From the IMG/VR virus record IMGVR_UViG_3300042673_000188: a stretch of DNA of 64,000 bases; one strand, given 5' to 3'. Origin of the DNA: an uncultured virus (IMG/VR IMGVR_UViG_3300042673_000188) (Duplodnaviria > Heunggongvirae > Uroviricota > Caudoviricetes). Of the stretch, positions 1-8,795 are shown piece after piece. Position 1 is the first letter of the stretch, and each line of letters opens with the position of its first letter. Position numbers and translations under genes: made by a program. Under the pieces are notes generated by a model. That model was not told the DNA's origin. It saw nothing but the letters and a program-made list of their open reading frames with translations, and ran no database searches.

Positions 1-552
1 AGATATGGGGTATATTGGATTACTATATGCCGGAGCATGTAATTTCTGGAAAAATTCATGCAAAATTATATAGGGTAATTCGGAGAACTTCCGAGTTTGG
101 CACCTTTTTGTTACGGAGTTTGGCACTCTATAGTTCGCCAATACTCCTAAAATTTTCCAGTAATGGCGGATTAGCGCAAGGGGGTTGGGGATTATTTTCC
201 ACTAAAGGGCTGATTCTGGTGATTATTTTCCACTATAGCTGTCGCAAGTATAGTAGATATTTGCGTCACAAATTTAGCATATATATGTGACAGATGTTAT
301 TAACCACATCTATCTCATATCAATGGTGCCAGGTTTATCCTGATATCTGTACTATGAAACGTACCCGGGGAGGTACGGAGTATACTCTCTATACATGATA
401 ACATCCCTTACAGGGTATAAAAACCAGGTTTTTTGTTCCCTATAAACCACATTAAAGTATGATATACTATGCATTAGCCTGTGAAATTGGGGTTAATGAC
501 TATTAAAACATACTATAGTGTGGTAACAATTTTACGCTATATTTGTTACGAG

Positions 553-753
553 ATGCTACAGTTTATTACCTATACCCTACGGTGGATATCTTCTAACCTA
601 GCTATTCCTTTCTGGACAGTTGGGCACATCCACCTCAGTATTAATGTCTACGAGGACTTGGTAGAGATACTTTCTTCTGTAGGTATGAATCTTATAGTAG
701 CTGTCGGATTCTATATGGAATGGCGGGAGCATAAAAAAAATTCTTGCCCGTAA
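553..753 (+). CDS. small hypothetical membrane protein
   Basis: The ORF track starts at GTG 481. The internal ATG at 553 gives a 66-aa protein with hydrophobic stretches (LAIPFWTVG, ILSSVGMNLIVAVGFY) and a basic C-terminus. Confidence 0.45.
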   Translation: MLQFITYTLRWISSNLAIPFWTVGHIHLSINVYEDLVEILSSVGMNLIVAVGFYMEWREHKKNSCP

Positions 754-773
754 CAAATTCTTGTATATATTTG
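743..773 (+). promoter_or_regulatory. Bacteroidota sigmaA-type promoter for the GroES-like gene
   Basis: CTTG (743-746), 19-nt spacer, TATATTTG (766-773) matches the TTTG-N19-21-TAnnTTTG consensus. Confidence 0.65.
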
Positions 774-796
774 TCACACATTAAACCAATAAACAC

Positions 797-1087
797 ATGA
801 GCGCATTCAAACAACTACGCGGAAAACGCATCCTGATTACTAAGCCAGTATCAGAAATAAAGTCTCTTATAGAAATAACTCCAGAGGTTCAGGCACAGCT
901 TGACCAGGAGATGATGATCAAGTGGACTCGTCTTACAGTATTTGCTGTAGGTACTGATGTTACTGATCTTAAGTCTGGTGATGAGGTGTATGTTAGCGCT
1001 GGTATGCTATCTAATGCTGAGCTAGTACAACTAGATGGAGTTGACTACATGATGGTTCAAGACCATGCTGTAGCAATTGTATATTAA
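797..1087 (+). CDS. groES: GroES/Cpn10-like co-chaperonin
   Basis: 96 aa with the Cpn10 pattern: N-terminal 'LRGKRILI', 'VFAVGTDVTDLKSGDEVYV' and 'LDGVDYMMVQDHAVAIV'. Confidence 0.75.
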   Translation: MSAFKQLRGKRILITKPVSEIKSLIEITPEVQAQLDQEMMIKWTRLTVFAVGTDVTDLKSGDEVYVSAGMLSNAELVQLDGVDYMMVQDHAVAIVY

Positions 1088-1090
1088 TAC

Positions 1091-1166
1091 GTAGGGTCTG
1101 CTTTACTCCAAACACATCTTATCTCGGGATAGGATCTGCTCGTAACGTAGACCCTACTCTCTTTTT
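1091..1166. terminator. structured element / probable terminator between convergent genes
   Basis: Stem GTAGGGTCTGC (1091-1101) with GTAGACCCTAC (1147-1157) encloses an inner hairpin at 1116-1135 and is followed by a T-run. Confidence 0.5.
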
Positions 1167-1386
1167 AATTGTTTCTGCCTAGAGCTTGGATACGGAAGTG
1201 AGTCTTCTCTTGCTCTGCTGCCATGATGGCCATGATACCACGGAGTTCTTCATAGGTAAGTTCTACTACTAGTTCTTCTTCACTATCAAGTACTTGTATT
1301 ACTCGCGGGTCTATATATATGTTAGCCTCAATCTGTTCATCAGAATGAGGTACTTGATATGTTCCTGCTTTAATATAAGTTGCCAT
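1165..1386 (-). CDS. hypothetical protein
   Basis: 73-aa ORF directly downstream of the metallophosphoesterase (2-nt gap), with protein-like composition. Confidence 0.7.
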   Translation of the reverse strand: MATYIKAGTYQVPHSDEQIEANIYIDPRVIQVLDSEEELVVELTYEELRGIMAIMAAEQEKTHFRIQALGRNN

Positions 1387-1388
1387 AG

Positions 1389-2387
1389 TTATGATACTAC
1401 CCCATCAATGATCATCTTGTTATCTACTGAAAAGGTACCATCCTTTTCTATTTTAACTACTGCAAATCCATGTACCCAATCGGAATGACCTTTCATGTAC
1501 TCAGGATATAACTCACATAAGCAACCAGTACTCCAAGCTCCTTGGATATTGTTGTTAATGTCTCTTGTTATAAATTCTGATTTTCTATGAAAGTGACCGC
1601 AGATAGTACTAGCCTTTGCTTTAAGATATAAGTTTCTTGCAGGGTTCACTGTACCACCACCTAGATATTCATGACCGTGAATGATATTTAAGTTACCTGC
1701 CTTGATGGTAGATGTAGACTCTATAAGTTGAATTTGATTCTCTCCAAATCTTAGGAGCATCTTCAACTCAAACTCATCCATACCAATCCATTCAGGTGCT
1801 TTAATCCTTAGCCACTTCTCAAGTCTCTCCTCGTGGTTACCAATCTTGTAATAAATTCTAGCTTTAGGGAATGCTGTACGTAATGCTTTCATAAACCATC
1901 TACCTTGTTCAAGTTCTACTTGCATCTTAGGTTTAGAAGGGTCCTTGTCAAACCGTGACAGCTGGTAGAAATCTAAAACATCACCGTTAAGGAGAATTGT
2001 ATTAACTTCTTGAGCAATTCCATATTGAATAGCACTACCAAGAGCTTCTTCATCATGATAAGGGAAGTGTATATCAGAAAGAACAAGAATATGATTGGCA
2101 TCATCTGGTAGTATAAAGTCATTAGGTCCAGACTTATATGACTTTGGTATATCATTAAAGGGTGCATAGTTATATGTTATGGGTCTTTGTAACTCAGGGT
2201 CTACAGTCTTTCTGGTAAGTTTACCTCCTAGTCCAGCATGTGCTTTAAGTAGTGAGCGTGCATGATCTATACTATTAAAGTGTAGCTCATTTTCAGCAAG
2301 CATAAGTTTAGCAAGTGTTTGGATTGGAAGTTTAGGATACTTCTTTAGATACTCTTTAGCGAGTTTACCAGTAGCGGTTAGCTTCAT
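1389..2387 (-). CDS. calcineurin-like metallophosphoesterase
   Basis: All five motifs are present: SDIH, NGDVLD, GNHE, HGHE, GHFH. Confidence 0.9.
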   Translation of the reverse strand: MKLTATGKLAKEYLKKYPKLPIQTLAKLMLAENELHFNSIDHARSLLKAHAGLGGKLTRKTVDPELQRPITYNYAPFNDIPKSYKSGPNDFILPDDANHILVLSDIHFPYHDEEALGSAIQYGIAQEVNTILLNGDVLDFYQLSRFDKDPSKPKMQVELEQGRWFMKALRTAFPKARIYYKIGNHEERLEKWLRIKAPEWIGMDEFELKMLLRFGENQIQLIESTSTIKAGNLNIIHGHEYLGGGTVNPARNLYLKAKASTICGHFHRKSEFITRDINNNIQGAWSTGCLCELYPEYMKGHSDWVHGFAVVKIEKDGTFSVDNKMIIDGVVS

Positions 2388-2482
2388 ATAGTGTGGATAT
2401 CTTATACAAGATTATGAATTTTTTTTGATTTTCAATGCTTTTTCTACAGATATTTTTATATTTGTTGTTGTATCTTTATAGT

Positions 2483-2773
2483 ATGAGAAATAGTTTAGCG
2501 GGAAAATCTACAGGAAAAAGCAAGTCTGCAAAGTATTTTGCTAGTCATCCTGAGGCTCGTGCTAAAAAGAATGCTTATAATAAAGAGTATCACAGTACAC
2601 CTGAGAGAAATAAGTATAGAGCTAAGCTAAACATGGCAAACCGTGCAGCAGGTACCTACGGGAACAGTAACGGTAAAGATGAATCTCATACAAAAACAGG
2701 CAAGTTGGTTAAGGAATCAAGATCTACTAACAGGGCCCGCAATGGAAAAGGAAACAATAAAAGATTAAAATAA
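2483..2773 (+). CDS. small basic protein, possibly degenerate HNH-like
   Basis: Likely start is ATG 2483 after promoter-like motifs. The protein is K/R-rich and contains 'GKDESH...STNRARNG'. Confidence 0.6.
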   Translation: MRNSLAGKSTGKSKSAKYFASHPEARAKKNAYNKEYHSTPERNKYRAKLNMANRAAGTYGNSNGKDESHTKTGKLVKESRSTNRARNGKGNNKRLK

Positions 2774-3210
2774 TGCCAACACCTCCTAACAATATATTTG
2801 CTACAAATGTAGCTACTAAACCCGATCCAAGATCTACACCTTTAGGTGCTCCTACTGTTATTGTATTAGACTTTGATACTCTTGGTATTACTGAGTACTC
2901 ATTAAGCTGTGCACAGTTTACAAGTTACCTTACATATATTTTCTTAACAGGAGCTACTACAGCTACAAGCCCTACGGTATACTTACCATCTACTAATAGT
3001 TTGAATGGTCAGACTGTAATGATTAAAAACGTTACGCCTGATAATTATTCTGTACAACCTGTTGCAGGAGTGCAGTTAGATGCGGGTACTTATCCTTCTA
3101 TAACCATAATGGCACTAGGTAATACAGGTGATCCTGGAGCAGTGACTGTAGTTGCTAATCCAGATCCTGTTAATAGCTGGTACATTACAGATGTATATGT
3201 CCAGTTATAA
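2773..3210 (+). CDS. putative fibre/accessory structural protein
   Basis: 'VYLPST..NGQTVMIKN...QLDAG...VTVVA..WYI' resembles a common phage fibre beta-module. It is translationally coupled (TAATG). Confidence 0.55.
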   Translation: MPTPPNNIFATNVATKPDPRSTPLGAPTVIVLDFDTLGITEYSLSCAQFTSYLTYIFLTGATTATSPTVYLPSTNSLNGQTVMIKNVTPDNYSVQPVAGVQLDAGTYPSITIMALGNTGDPGAVTVVANPDPVNSWYITDVYVQL

Positions 3211-3248
3211 TTTGCATATGTAAACAAGTCTTCTTATATTATACTATA
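3211..3248 (+). promoter_or_regulatory. putative late-type promoter
   Basis: TTTG (3211), 20-nt spacer, TATATTATACTAT (3235). Confidence 0.5.
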
Positions 3249-3274
3249 TACTAATCCATTAATCTAATCTAATC

Positions 3275-5014
3275 ATGGACATTCTAAACTGGCTATATCT
3301 AGCTAAAAACAAATTTGTACGTACACAACCTGCTAACCTTCAAGATTTAATGATCTTTGGTTCTAAAGTAGGATTTAATAAACGCGGAGATCTTTATCAG
3401 AACTACGCAATGGAGATTGGAGACTTTGCTCAAATCTTACCTGCTGGCCCAGCTGGTCCTCAAGGAGTTGCTGGTAATACCGGTCCTGCTGGTATACCTG
3501 GTCCTGTAGGTCCTGCTGGTTTAAACTGGCAAGGAGCTTGGTCTGCTGGAGGAACTTATGTAATTGATGATGCCGTAGGCTATGGCGGAGCATCTTGGTT
3601 CTGTATAAATCCTGTAGGTCCATCTGCTACCAATCCTTCTGCAGATCCTACTAACTGGGCATTACTTGCTGCACAAGGTGCAAATGGAGCTACTGGTGCC
3701 ACTGGATTACAAGGTCCAACTGGAGCAACGGGTCCTTCAGGAGCTACTAATAGCTTAACTACTACTGGTACAGGTGGTGCTGCAACATTAGGCGGTGGAG
3801 TAATTAACATTCCTGTATATCAAACACAGATCCCTCATTTAGAGTGGAATAACACTGATAGAACAATTTGGAATAATGGTCAAAATGACGCCCCTTCTAA
3901 CACTAGTTTTGGACAAAATGCTTTAGAAGCTAATACCATTGGTTTTGAAAATACAGCATATGGTTATAATACATTAAGAAGTAATACAAACGGTGTTCAA
4001 AACACAGCTATTGGAAGTTATGCAGGAAATAGTTTAATTTCATCTACTGGCTGTACTCTTGTAGGAAATCAAGCTGGTGTCACAATAACTTTTGGTAATT
4101 ATAACACAGCCATAGGTAGTTATTCTATGGAACAAGCTGCTGCTGGAGGAGAAAACACAGCTGTGGGTTACAACACTTTGCGTTTAAATTCAAATTCTAG
4201 TGGAAGCACTGCTATTGGTTCACAAGCCTTATATAATAATGCTGCCGGAAACAACACAGCAGTTGGATCATCCGCTATGTATTCTAATGGAAGCGGAGCA
4301 GCTAACGTTGCTGTTGGAGTACAGGCTTTACGATTTAATACTTCCGGTCTTCAGAACACGGCTATTGGCTCAGAAGCTTTAAAAAATAACGTTATTGGAA
4401 ATTATAATGTAGCTGTTGGGGTAAGCGCTTTGTTTAGCAGTACTAACACTACGGGTGAACTTACAGCAGTTGGAGCTTTTGCACTTTCAAATAACACAAG
4501 TGGATCAGCTAACGTAGCTGTTGGATTTGAAGCTTCATTAAATAATTCTTCAGGAACTGGTAATGCTGCACTTGGATACCAAGCTTTAAGAGCTAATGTT
4601 GGAGGAAACGGTAATACTGCTGTAGGTTCTGCAGCAATGACTAGTTTTACAGGTAACTTCGGAACTGCTGTAGGGCAATCTGCATTACAAAACGGTGGAG
4701 CTAATGCTGTTGCTATAGGTTACCAAGCTTTACAAAGTAATACAGGAAGTAATAACGTAGCTATGGGTTATCAAGCTCTTCAAGCTAACACTACTGGAGC
4801 TAATAACGTAGCCATCGGACCAAACACTGTATCAGGTAACTTTAGTGGATCTGTTCTTTTAGGTAGAGCTGCTACTGCAACTGGAAGTAATCAGTTTGTT
4901 GTAGGTTCTACTACTTACAACGCTGGAGCTGTTACTACTGAAACAACAGTATCTTCTAGTAAAACATGGACTGTAATAATCAATGGAGTAGCACAAAAAG
5001 TATTACTAGCATAA
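3275..5014 (+). CDS. fibre protein with collagen-like and beta-helix (NTAVG-type) repeats
   Basis: G-X-Y runs (GPAGPQGVAG..., GATGATGLQGPTG) followed by many ~14-aa 'N(T/V)A(I/V)G..AL' repeats typical of YadA-head-like beta-helices. Carries the MDILNW N-terminal module. Confidence 0.8.
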   Translation: MDILNWLYLAKNKFVRTQPANLQDLMIFGSKVGFNKRGDLYQNYAMEIGDFAQILPAGPAGPQGVAGNTGPAGIPGPVGPAGLNWQGAWSAGGTYVIDDAVGYGGASWFCINPVGPSATNPSADPTNWALLAAQGANGATGATGLQGPTGATGPSGATNSLTTTGTGGAATLGGGVINIPVYQTQIPHLEWNNTDRTIWNNGQNDAPSNTSFGQNALEANTIGFENTAYGYNTLRSNTNGVQNTAIGSYAGNSLISSTGCTLVGNQAGVTITFGNYNTAIGSYSMEQAAAGGENTAVGYNTLRLNSNSSGSTAIGSQALYNNAAGNNTAVGSSAMYSNGSGAANVAVGVQALRFNTSGLQNTAIGSEALKNNVIGNYNVAVGVSALFSSTNTTGELTAVGAFALSNNTSGSANVAVGFEASLNNSSGTGNAALGYQALRANVGGNGNTAVGSAAMTSFTGNFGTAVGQSALQNGGANAVAIGYQALQSNTGSNNVAMGYQALQANTTGANNVAIGPNTVSGNFSGSVLLGRAATATGSNQFVVGSTTYNAGAVTTETTVSSSKTWTVIINGVAQKVLLA

Positions 5015-5136
5015 TGGAAAAAGAAAGAGCAATTGAAATTATTGAGCAAGCGTTAAATGCAGCTACATTAAAAGGAGTATATACTCTAAAAGATGTAGAG
5101 GTTATTTTGCAAGCCCTTAATGAACTAAAAATGTAA
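5014..5136 (+). CDS. small helical protein (40 aa), possibly a fibre chaperone; not in ORF track
   Basis: TAATG overlap with the fibre gene. MEKERAIEIIEQALNAATLKGVYTLKDVEVILQALNELKM* fills the gap to 5140. Confidence 0.65.
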   Translation: MEKERAIEIIEQALNAATLKGVYTLKDVEVILQALNELKM

Positions 5137-5139
5137 AAA

Positions 5140-5691
5140 ATGGACATCCTTAACTGGCTAGGCATAAAGAAACAAGACTTAATCAGAACCACACTAGACA
5201 GTCCACAAGACTTACTAGTGCTTGGTGCTGATGTATCATTCCAAAAACGGGGAGATAAGTATCAATCTTATGCCATGCCTGCTGAAGATTTTATTGAAGC
5301 AGGTCTCATTGCTAATACGGCTCACTATGAGTTAGATATTGCAGCTACTAGCGTTGTAACAGTAACTACTGCCCGTGGTATTATTGATATTGTCAATATG
5401 GGAACATCTGCTCCTTTAACACCTAGTGCAGCTTATGCTACTTCAGTTTCTTTCTTGATTGATAATCCAGATCTAGACCTTACTATAACTAACAGAGATA
5501 ACGTATATGTACAATACTCAGTGTATTACAAAAACACTATAACTGATAATGTTATCCCTCATTTAATTGCTACAGGAGTTTCAAACGGATTAGAGTTTAA
5601 TCTTTATAACGCTAATCCTACAATAGCTGGGGTTAATAACTGGGATGGTGATTTGTACGTTTATTATGAACTTTATACAATAAATAACTAA
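5140..5691 (+). CDS. structural protein, MDILNW family paralogue 2
   Basis: The N-terminal ~52 aa are homologous to 3275 and 5693. The C-terminus is beta-rich. Confidence 0.7.
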   Translation: MDILNWLGIKKQDLIRTTLDSPQDLLVLGADVSFQKRGDKYQSYAMPAEDFIEAGLIANTAHYELDIAATSVVTVTTARGIIDIVNMGTSAPLTPSAAYATSVSFLIDNPDLDLTITNRDNVYVQYSVYYKNTITDNVIPHLIATGVSNGLEFNLYNANPTIAGVNNWDGDLYVYYELYTINN

Positions 5692-5692
5692 G

Positions 5693-6340
5693 ATGGATAT
5701 TTTAAACTGGGTATACCTACTCAAAAACAAACTAGTAAAAACTACAGTACAAGATCCTACACAAGATCTTGTAATTCTTGGTAACAACGTAACTTACGCT
5801 AAACGCGGAGACAAGTACCAGTCTTATGGTATGACCGTAGAAGATTTTGCTGCATCTATAGTACCTGCTCCGGGTACTCAAATGAACTATGTAACGGGTA
5901 TATTAGATCCAGAAGCAGAAAGTGATTTTATACAGTTACCTGATACTATTACAAGCGGTCCACTATTATACAATACTTACAAATTAGGTGGTATTGTAAA
6001 CTTTAATGGGATAGGTCAATCGTCTTATTCATACCTAATTGGTGTAATATCAGGAGATACTAGACTTAGATTAATTAATGATGCTAGTGTGATTGGCGCT
6101 CTTGGCGTAACTACATATAATGGAGTATCTGGTAAGTTTACAGTAAACGCTTTAGTAAAAAACGCAAGTACAGGAGCAGCTATACCACTTACATTTGCAA
6201 CGATTGTACTGGATAATACAATAGCAGGTCTTGATGACTACTTTGTATCTATTGTAGCAACTGCTGGAGCATCTTGGGTAGGTACAGCATACATAGATAT
6301 TGAGTTTATGTCTGACCAAACACTAGTTTACTTTAACTAA
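5693..6340 (+). CDS. structural protein, MDILNW family paralogue 3
   Basis: Same N-terminal module (KRGDKYQSY) with an unrelated beta-rich C-terminus. Confidence 0.7.
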   Translation: MDILNWVYLLKNKLVKTTVQDPTQDLVILGNNVTYAKRGDKYQSYGMTVEDFAASIVPAPGTQMNYVTGILDPEAESDFIQLPDTITSGPLLYNTYKLGGIVNFNGIGQSSYSYLIGVISGDTRLRLINDASVIGALGVTTYNGVSGKFTVNALVKNASTGAAIPLTFATIVLDNTIAGLDDYFVSIVATAGASWVGTAYIDIEFMSDQTLVYFN

Positions 6341-6354
6341 TAAAACTTAAACAT

Positions 6355-6537
6355 ATGTCATTAAGAAAAGGATCATTAGAAGAATATTATAACAGTGTAC
6401 CTGGTTCTAAATCAGCAGGATGTAAAGCTCCTATAGGAGGCCGTCCAATAACATGTTATCAGGATAAGGTAGAGCCTAATACACGTGAAAAGTTAGCACT
6501 TTATGCAAATCCTCAAGATGCTCCAAAGAGAGCTTAA
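6355..6537 (+). CDS. hypothetical small protein
   Basis: 60-aa ORF with an A-rich leader, fitted between neighbours. Confidence 0.6.
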   Translation: MSLRKGSLEEYYNSVPGSKSAGCKAPIGGRPITCYQDKVEPNTREKLALYANPQDAPKRA

Positions 6538-6551
6538 AAAATTATAAAACT

Positions 6552-7469
6552 ATGTCACTAGGAAACGGAAACCCAAAAGAAGGAGATAAAGGCTCTAACT
6601 TTAACTACGAGTTAAAAGTATTACAAGGACTTCAATGTACTTGTGATCAACTTAAAATTATTGATGCTAATACCGATGATGTAGAATTTATACTTTCATC
6701 AATACTTACTACACTTCAAGCTAGTACAGAGTATGAAGCTAAATTTACAGTAGATACTTGTAATGGTGATACAGTATATTTAGAGGTACGGGTATGGAAT
6801 CCTGATACATCTACCTGGGGTCCGATTACATACTATCTACCAGGTAGTACAACACCTGTAGTTCCTCCAGGGGCAGCTACTCCAGGATGTTTAGTATATG
6901 CAGATCCTTCTGCTGTATTAGCACTTATATTAGGGGCTATTGAAGCTGGTAATGAGACTCTTACTAAGATTGAAACTAGTGTTCAACTTATAGATAATTG
7001 CGTAGGAACAGATGGGGTTACAGCACCTCCAAATTCTTTTCTTGTAGCAGGTGTTACAGCTGGTGGAATTCAGCAAACTATTGAGGTAAATGCAAGTGGA
7101 CACGTTAATATTTCAGATGGTGGAGGTTCTATTACTGTAGATGGTACTGTGAATATCGGAGCATTACCTAATGAAGGTCAACAGACAATGGCTAACTCTA
7201 TATCAGTTGCTATTGCTAGTGATCAAGCAGGTGTTCAAAGAACTCCTACTTTCCTAAGACCTGCAGGTACATCAGGTACTATACCCGCAGGTAGATACTC
7301 TATGTCATTTGCTAATGTAGGAACTATCAATGCAACTGTTGGTGGTGTTACACTAAAACCTGGTGAAACAATGAACTTTGATGCCGGAGCTATTAATAAT
7401 ACACTAGGTTCTGTAGCTTACAATGCTACAGGAGCAGGTGGAGAGTTATTAATTATTTCACTAGTGTAA
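6552..7469 (+). CDS. putative structural protein
   Basis: 305 aa, G/T/S/V-rich beta composition, in the fibre gene cluster. Confidence 0.6.
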   Translation: MSLGNGNPKEGDKGSNFNYELKVLQGLQCTCDQLKIIDANTDDVEFILSSILTTLQASTEYEAKFTVDTCNGDTVYLEVRVWNPDTSTWGPITYYLPGSTTPVVPPGAATPGCLVYADPSAVLALILGAIEAGNETLTKIETSVQLIDNCVGTDGVTAPPNSFLVAGVTAGGIQQTIEVNASGHVNISDGGGSITVDGTVNIGALPNEGQQTMANSISVAIASDQAGVQRTPTFLRPAGTSGTIPAGRYSMSFANVGTINATVGGVTLKPGETMNFDAGAINNTLGSVAYNATGAGGELLIISLV

Positions 7470-7500
7470 CTATATTTACAATCTATAACCAAGCATAATT

Positions 7501-8052
7501 ATGAGTACGCAAATACAAATACCATCTATTAATCAGTTACCTATAGCTGCCGTATCTGATACAACGTTTACAACTTTAACAGGAACATTAACTCAAACTA
7601 TTGTAAAGATTTTAACTATACCTGCTAATACGTTAACGATTGGTAATTATTGGAATGTAGGAAATAAAGATTTTGGAAGTGTAGAAGCAGCTATAAACTA
7701 TGCGGGAACAGGTGCTACAAGCATGCTGGTTTATATGAACAATACTACTAATTTATCAGGTAGTCCTATTCAATTAGGTGGTGGACTAAGTGCCGGAGCT
7801 TCAACTGGTACCGCAGCTTATGCCTTTGGTATTAATTCTACATCAGGGGGTGCGGCTAATGCTATGACTCGTATTACAAGTAATACTAATGTGCAAAATA
7901 CTTCAACAGCAACATTACCTGGGGGATATACGAACTCGACTATTTTTGATATTACACAACCGATATATATTATTTTTGCTGTAACTTTAAATAATGTAGG
8001 AACAACACTTTCTATGGGACCAGCAATTATTAACCCTCTAAAGAAATTATAA
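7501..8052 (+). CDS. putative fibre/structural protein
   Basis: T/G/N-rich, with 'LTIPANTL' and 'FDITQPIYIIF' fibre-tip-like motifs. Confidence 0.55.
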   Translation: MSTQIQIPSINQLPIAAVSDTTFTTLTGTLTQTIVKILTIPANTLTIGNYWNVGNKDFGSVEAAINYAGTGATSMLVYMNNTTNLSGSPIQLGGGLSAGASTGTAAYAFGINSTSGGAANAMTRITSNTNVQNTSTATLPGGYTNSTIFDITQPIYIIFAVTLNNVGTTLSMGPAIINPLKKL

Positions 8053-8405
8053 TGGGATCAGCAGAAGCGTGGGTATTTACCACTAAAGATGTTATCTGGA
8101 TAGTGATGACAATAGGTGCAGGTTTATCAGCATATTATGCTCTTAAGCAGGAACTAGGGAAGTTGAAAGGGAAGGTGGATAAACTCGCAAGTGACATGGA
8201 CTCCCTAGAAACAGATCTTATGGCTAAAGAGACAAGCATCTATAATAGAATGGAAATACTTAAAGAAGATCAGAAAGCTGCTCACGAGAAGCTTGATCTA
8301 AAGATGGATAACCTTACTACGCACATGACTCAGTTGAGTACTAACATTGCTGAGTTAACAGGATATATAAAGGCTAAGAGAGAAGAAGACGGTAAACGAG
8401 CTTAA
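8052..8405 (+). CDS. single-TM coiled-coil membrane protein (holin-like)
   Basis: N-terminal hydrophobic helix VIWIVMTIGAGLSAYYAL followed by a heptad-like coiled coil. Last gene before a terminator. Confidence 0.5.
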   Translation: MGSAEAWVFTTKDVIWIVMTIGAGLSAYYALKQELGKLKGKVDKLASDMDSLETDLMAKETSIYNRMEILKEDQKAAHEKLDLKMDNLTTHMTQLSTNIAELTGYIKAKREEDGKRA

Positions 8406-8421
8406 CTCTTAAGTATTAGGT

Positions 8422-8466
8422 ACCCGTCTAGCATACCGTAAGATCTGCTAGCGGGTCTTTTTTTTT
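8422..8466 (+). terminator. intrinsic terminator
   Basis: ACCCG(T)CTAGCA / TGCTAGCGGGT stem followed by 9 T. Confidence 0.8.
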
Positions 8467-8474
8467 GTTTAAAT

Positions 8475-8505
8475 GTTGTAAGTTTAAACTTTTCACCTAT
8501 ATTTG
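8475..8505 (+). promoter_or_regulatory. Bacteroidota sigmaA-type promoter
   Basis: GTTG (8475-8478), 19-nt spacer, TATATTTG (8498-8505). The spacer contains the palindrome AGTTTAAACT. Confidence 0.6.
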
Positions 8506-8528
8506 TTTAAATCTAAATATTTAAAATT

Positions 8529-8792
8529 ATGGAAAACCAACAAACAATTACTCCTGAAATGATTGAGGAGAGAAAAGCTGAGATGATTAAATACTTTGAT
8601 TCTCAGATGGAATTACTTGAAGCTCAAAAGCGTTATGAGACTGCTATTACTGAGTTAGAAGAACTTAGAGCTAGACGCTTGTATGCTGCTATGAAGATAG
8701 CTCAAATTGAAGCAGGTCCTGATTCACATGCAGCAGAATCTAAAGAGCAGCCTATTCCTCAACAAGGCCGTAAACTAAAAGCTGAGAAATAA
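8529..8792 (+). CDS. hypothetical coiled-coil protein
   Basis: 87-aa helical E/K/Q-rich ORF with an A-rich leader. Confidence 0.75.
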   Translation: MENQQTITPEMIEERKAEMIKYFDSQMELLEAQKRYETAITELEELRARRLYAAMKIAQIEAGPDSHAAESKEQPIPQQGRKLKAEK

Positions 8793-8795
8793 GTC

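Noticed and set aside
15..290. 91-aa ORF at the left end
   Set aside because: TTG start, atypical composition and overlap with the repeat/palindrome region make it probably spurious.
3275..8052. Diversity-generating retroelement or invertible fibre cassette
   Set aside because: No reverse transcriptase or recombinase, and no near-identical TR/VR pair or inverted repeats. Paralogue similarity is limited to diverged 5' ends.
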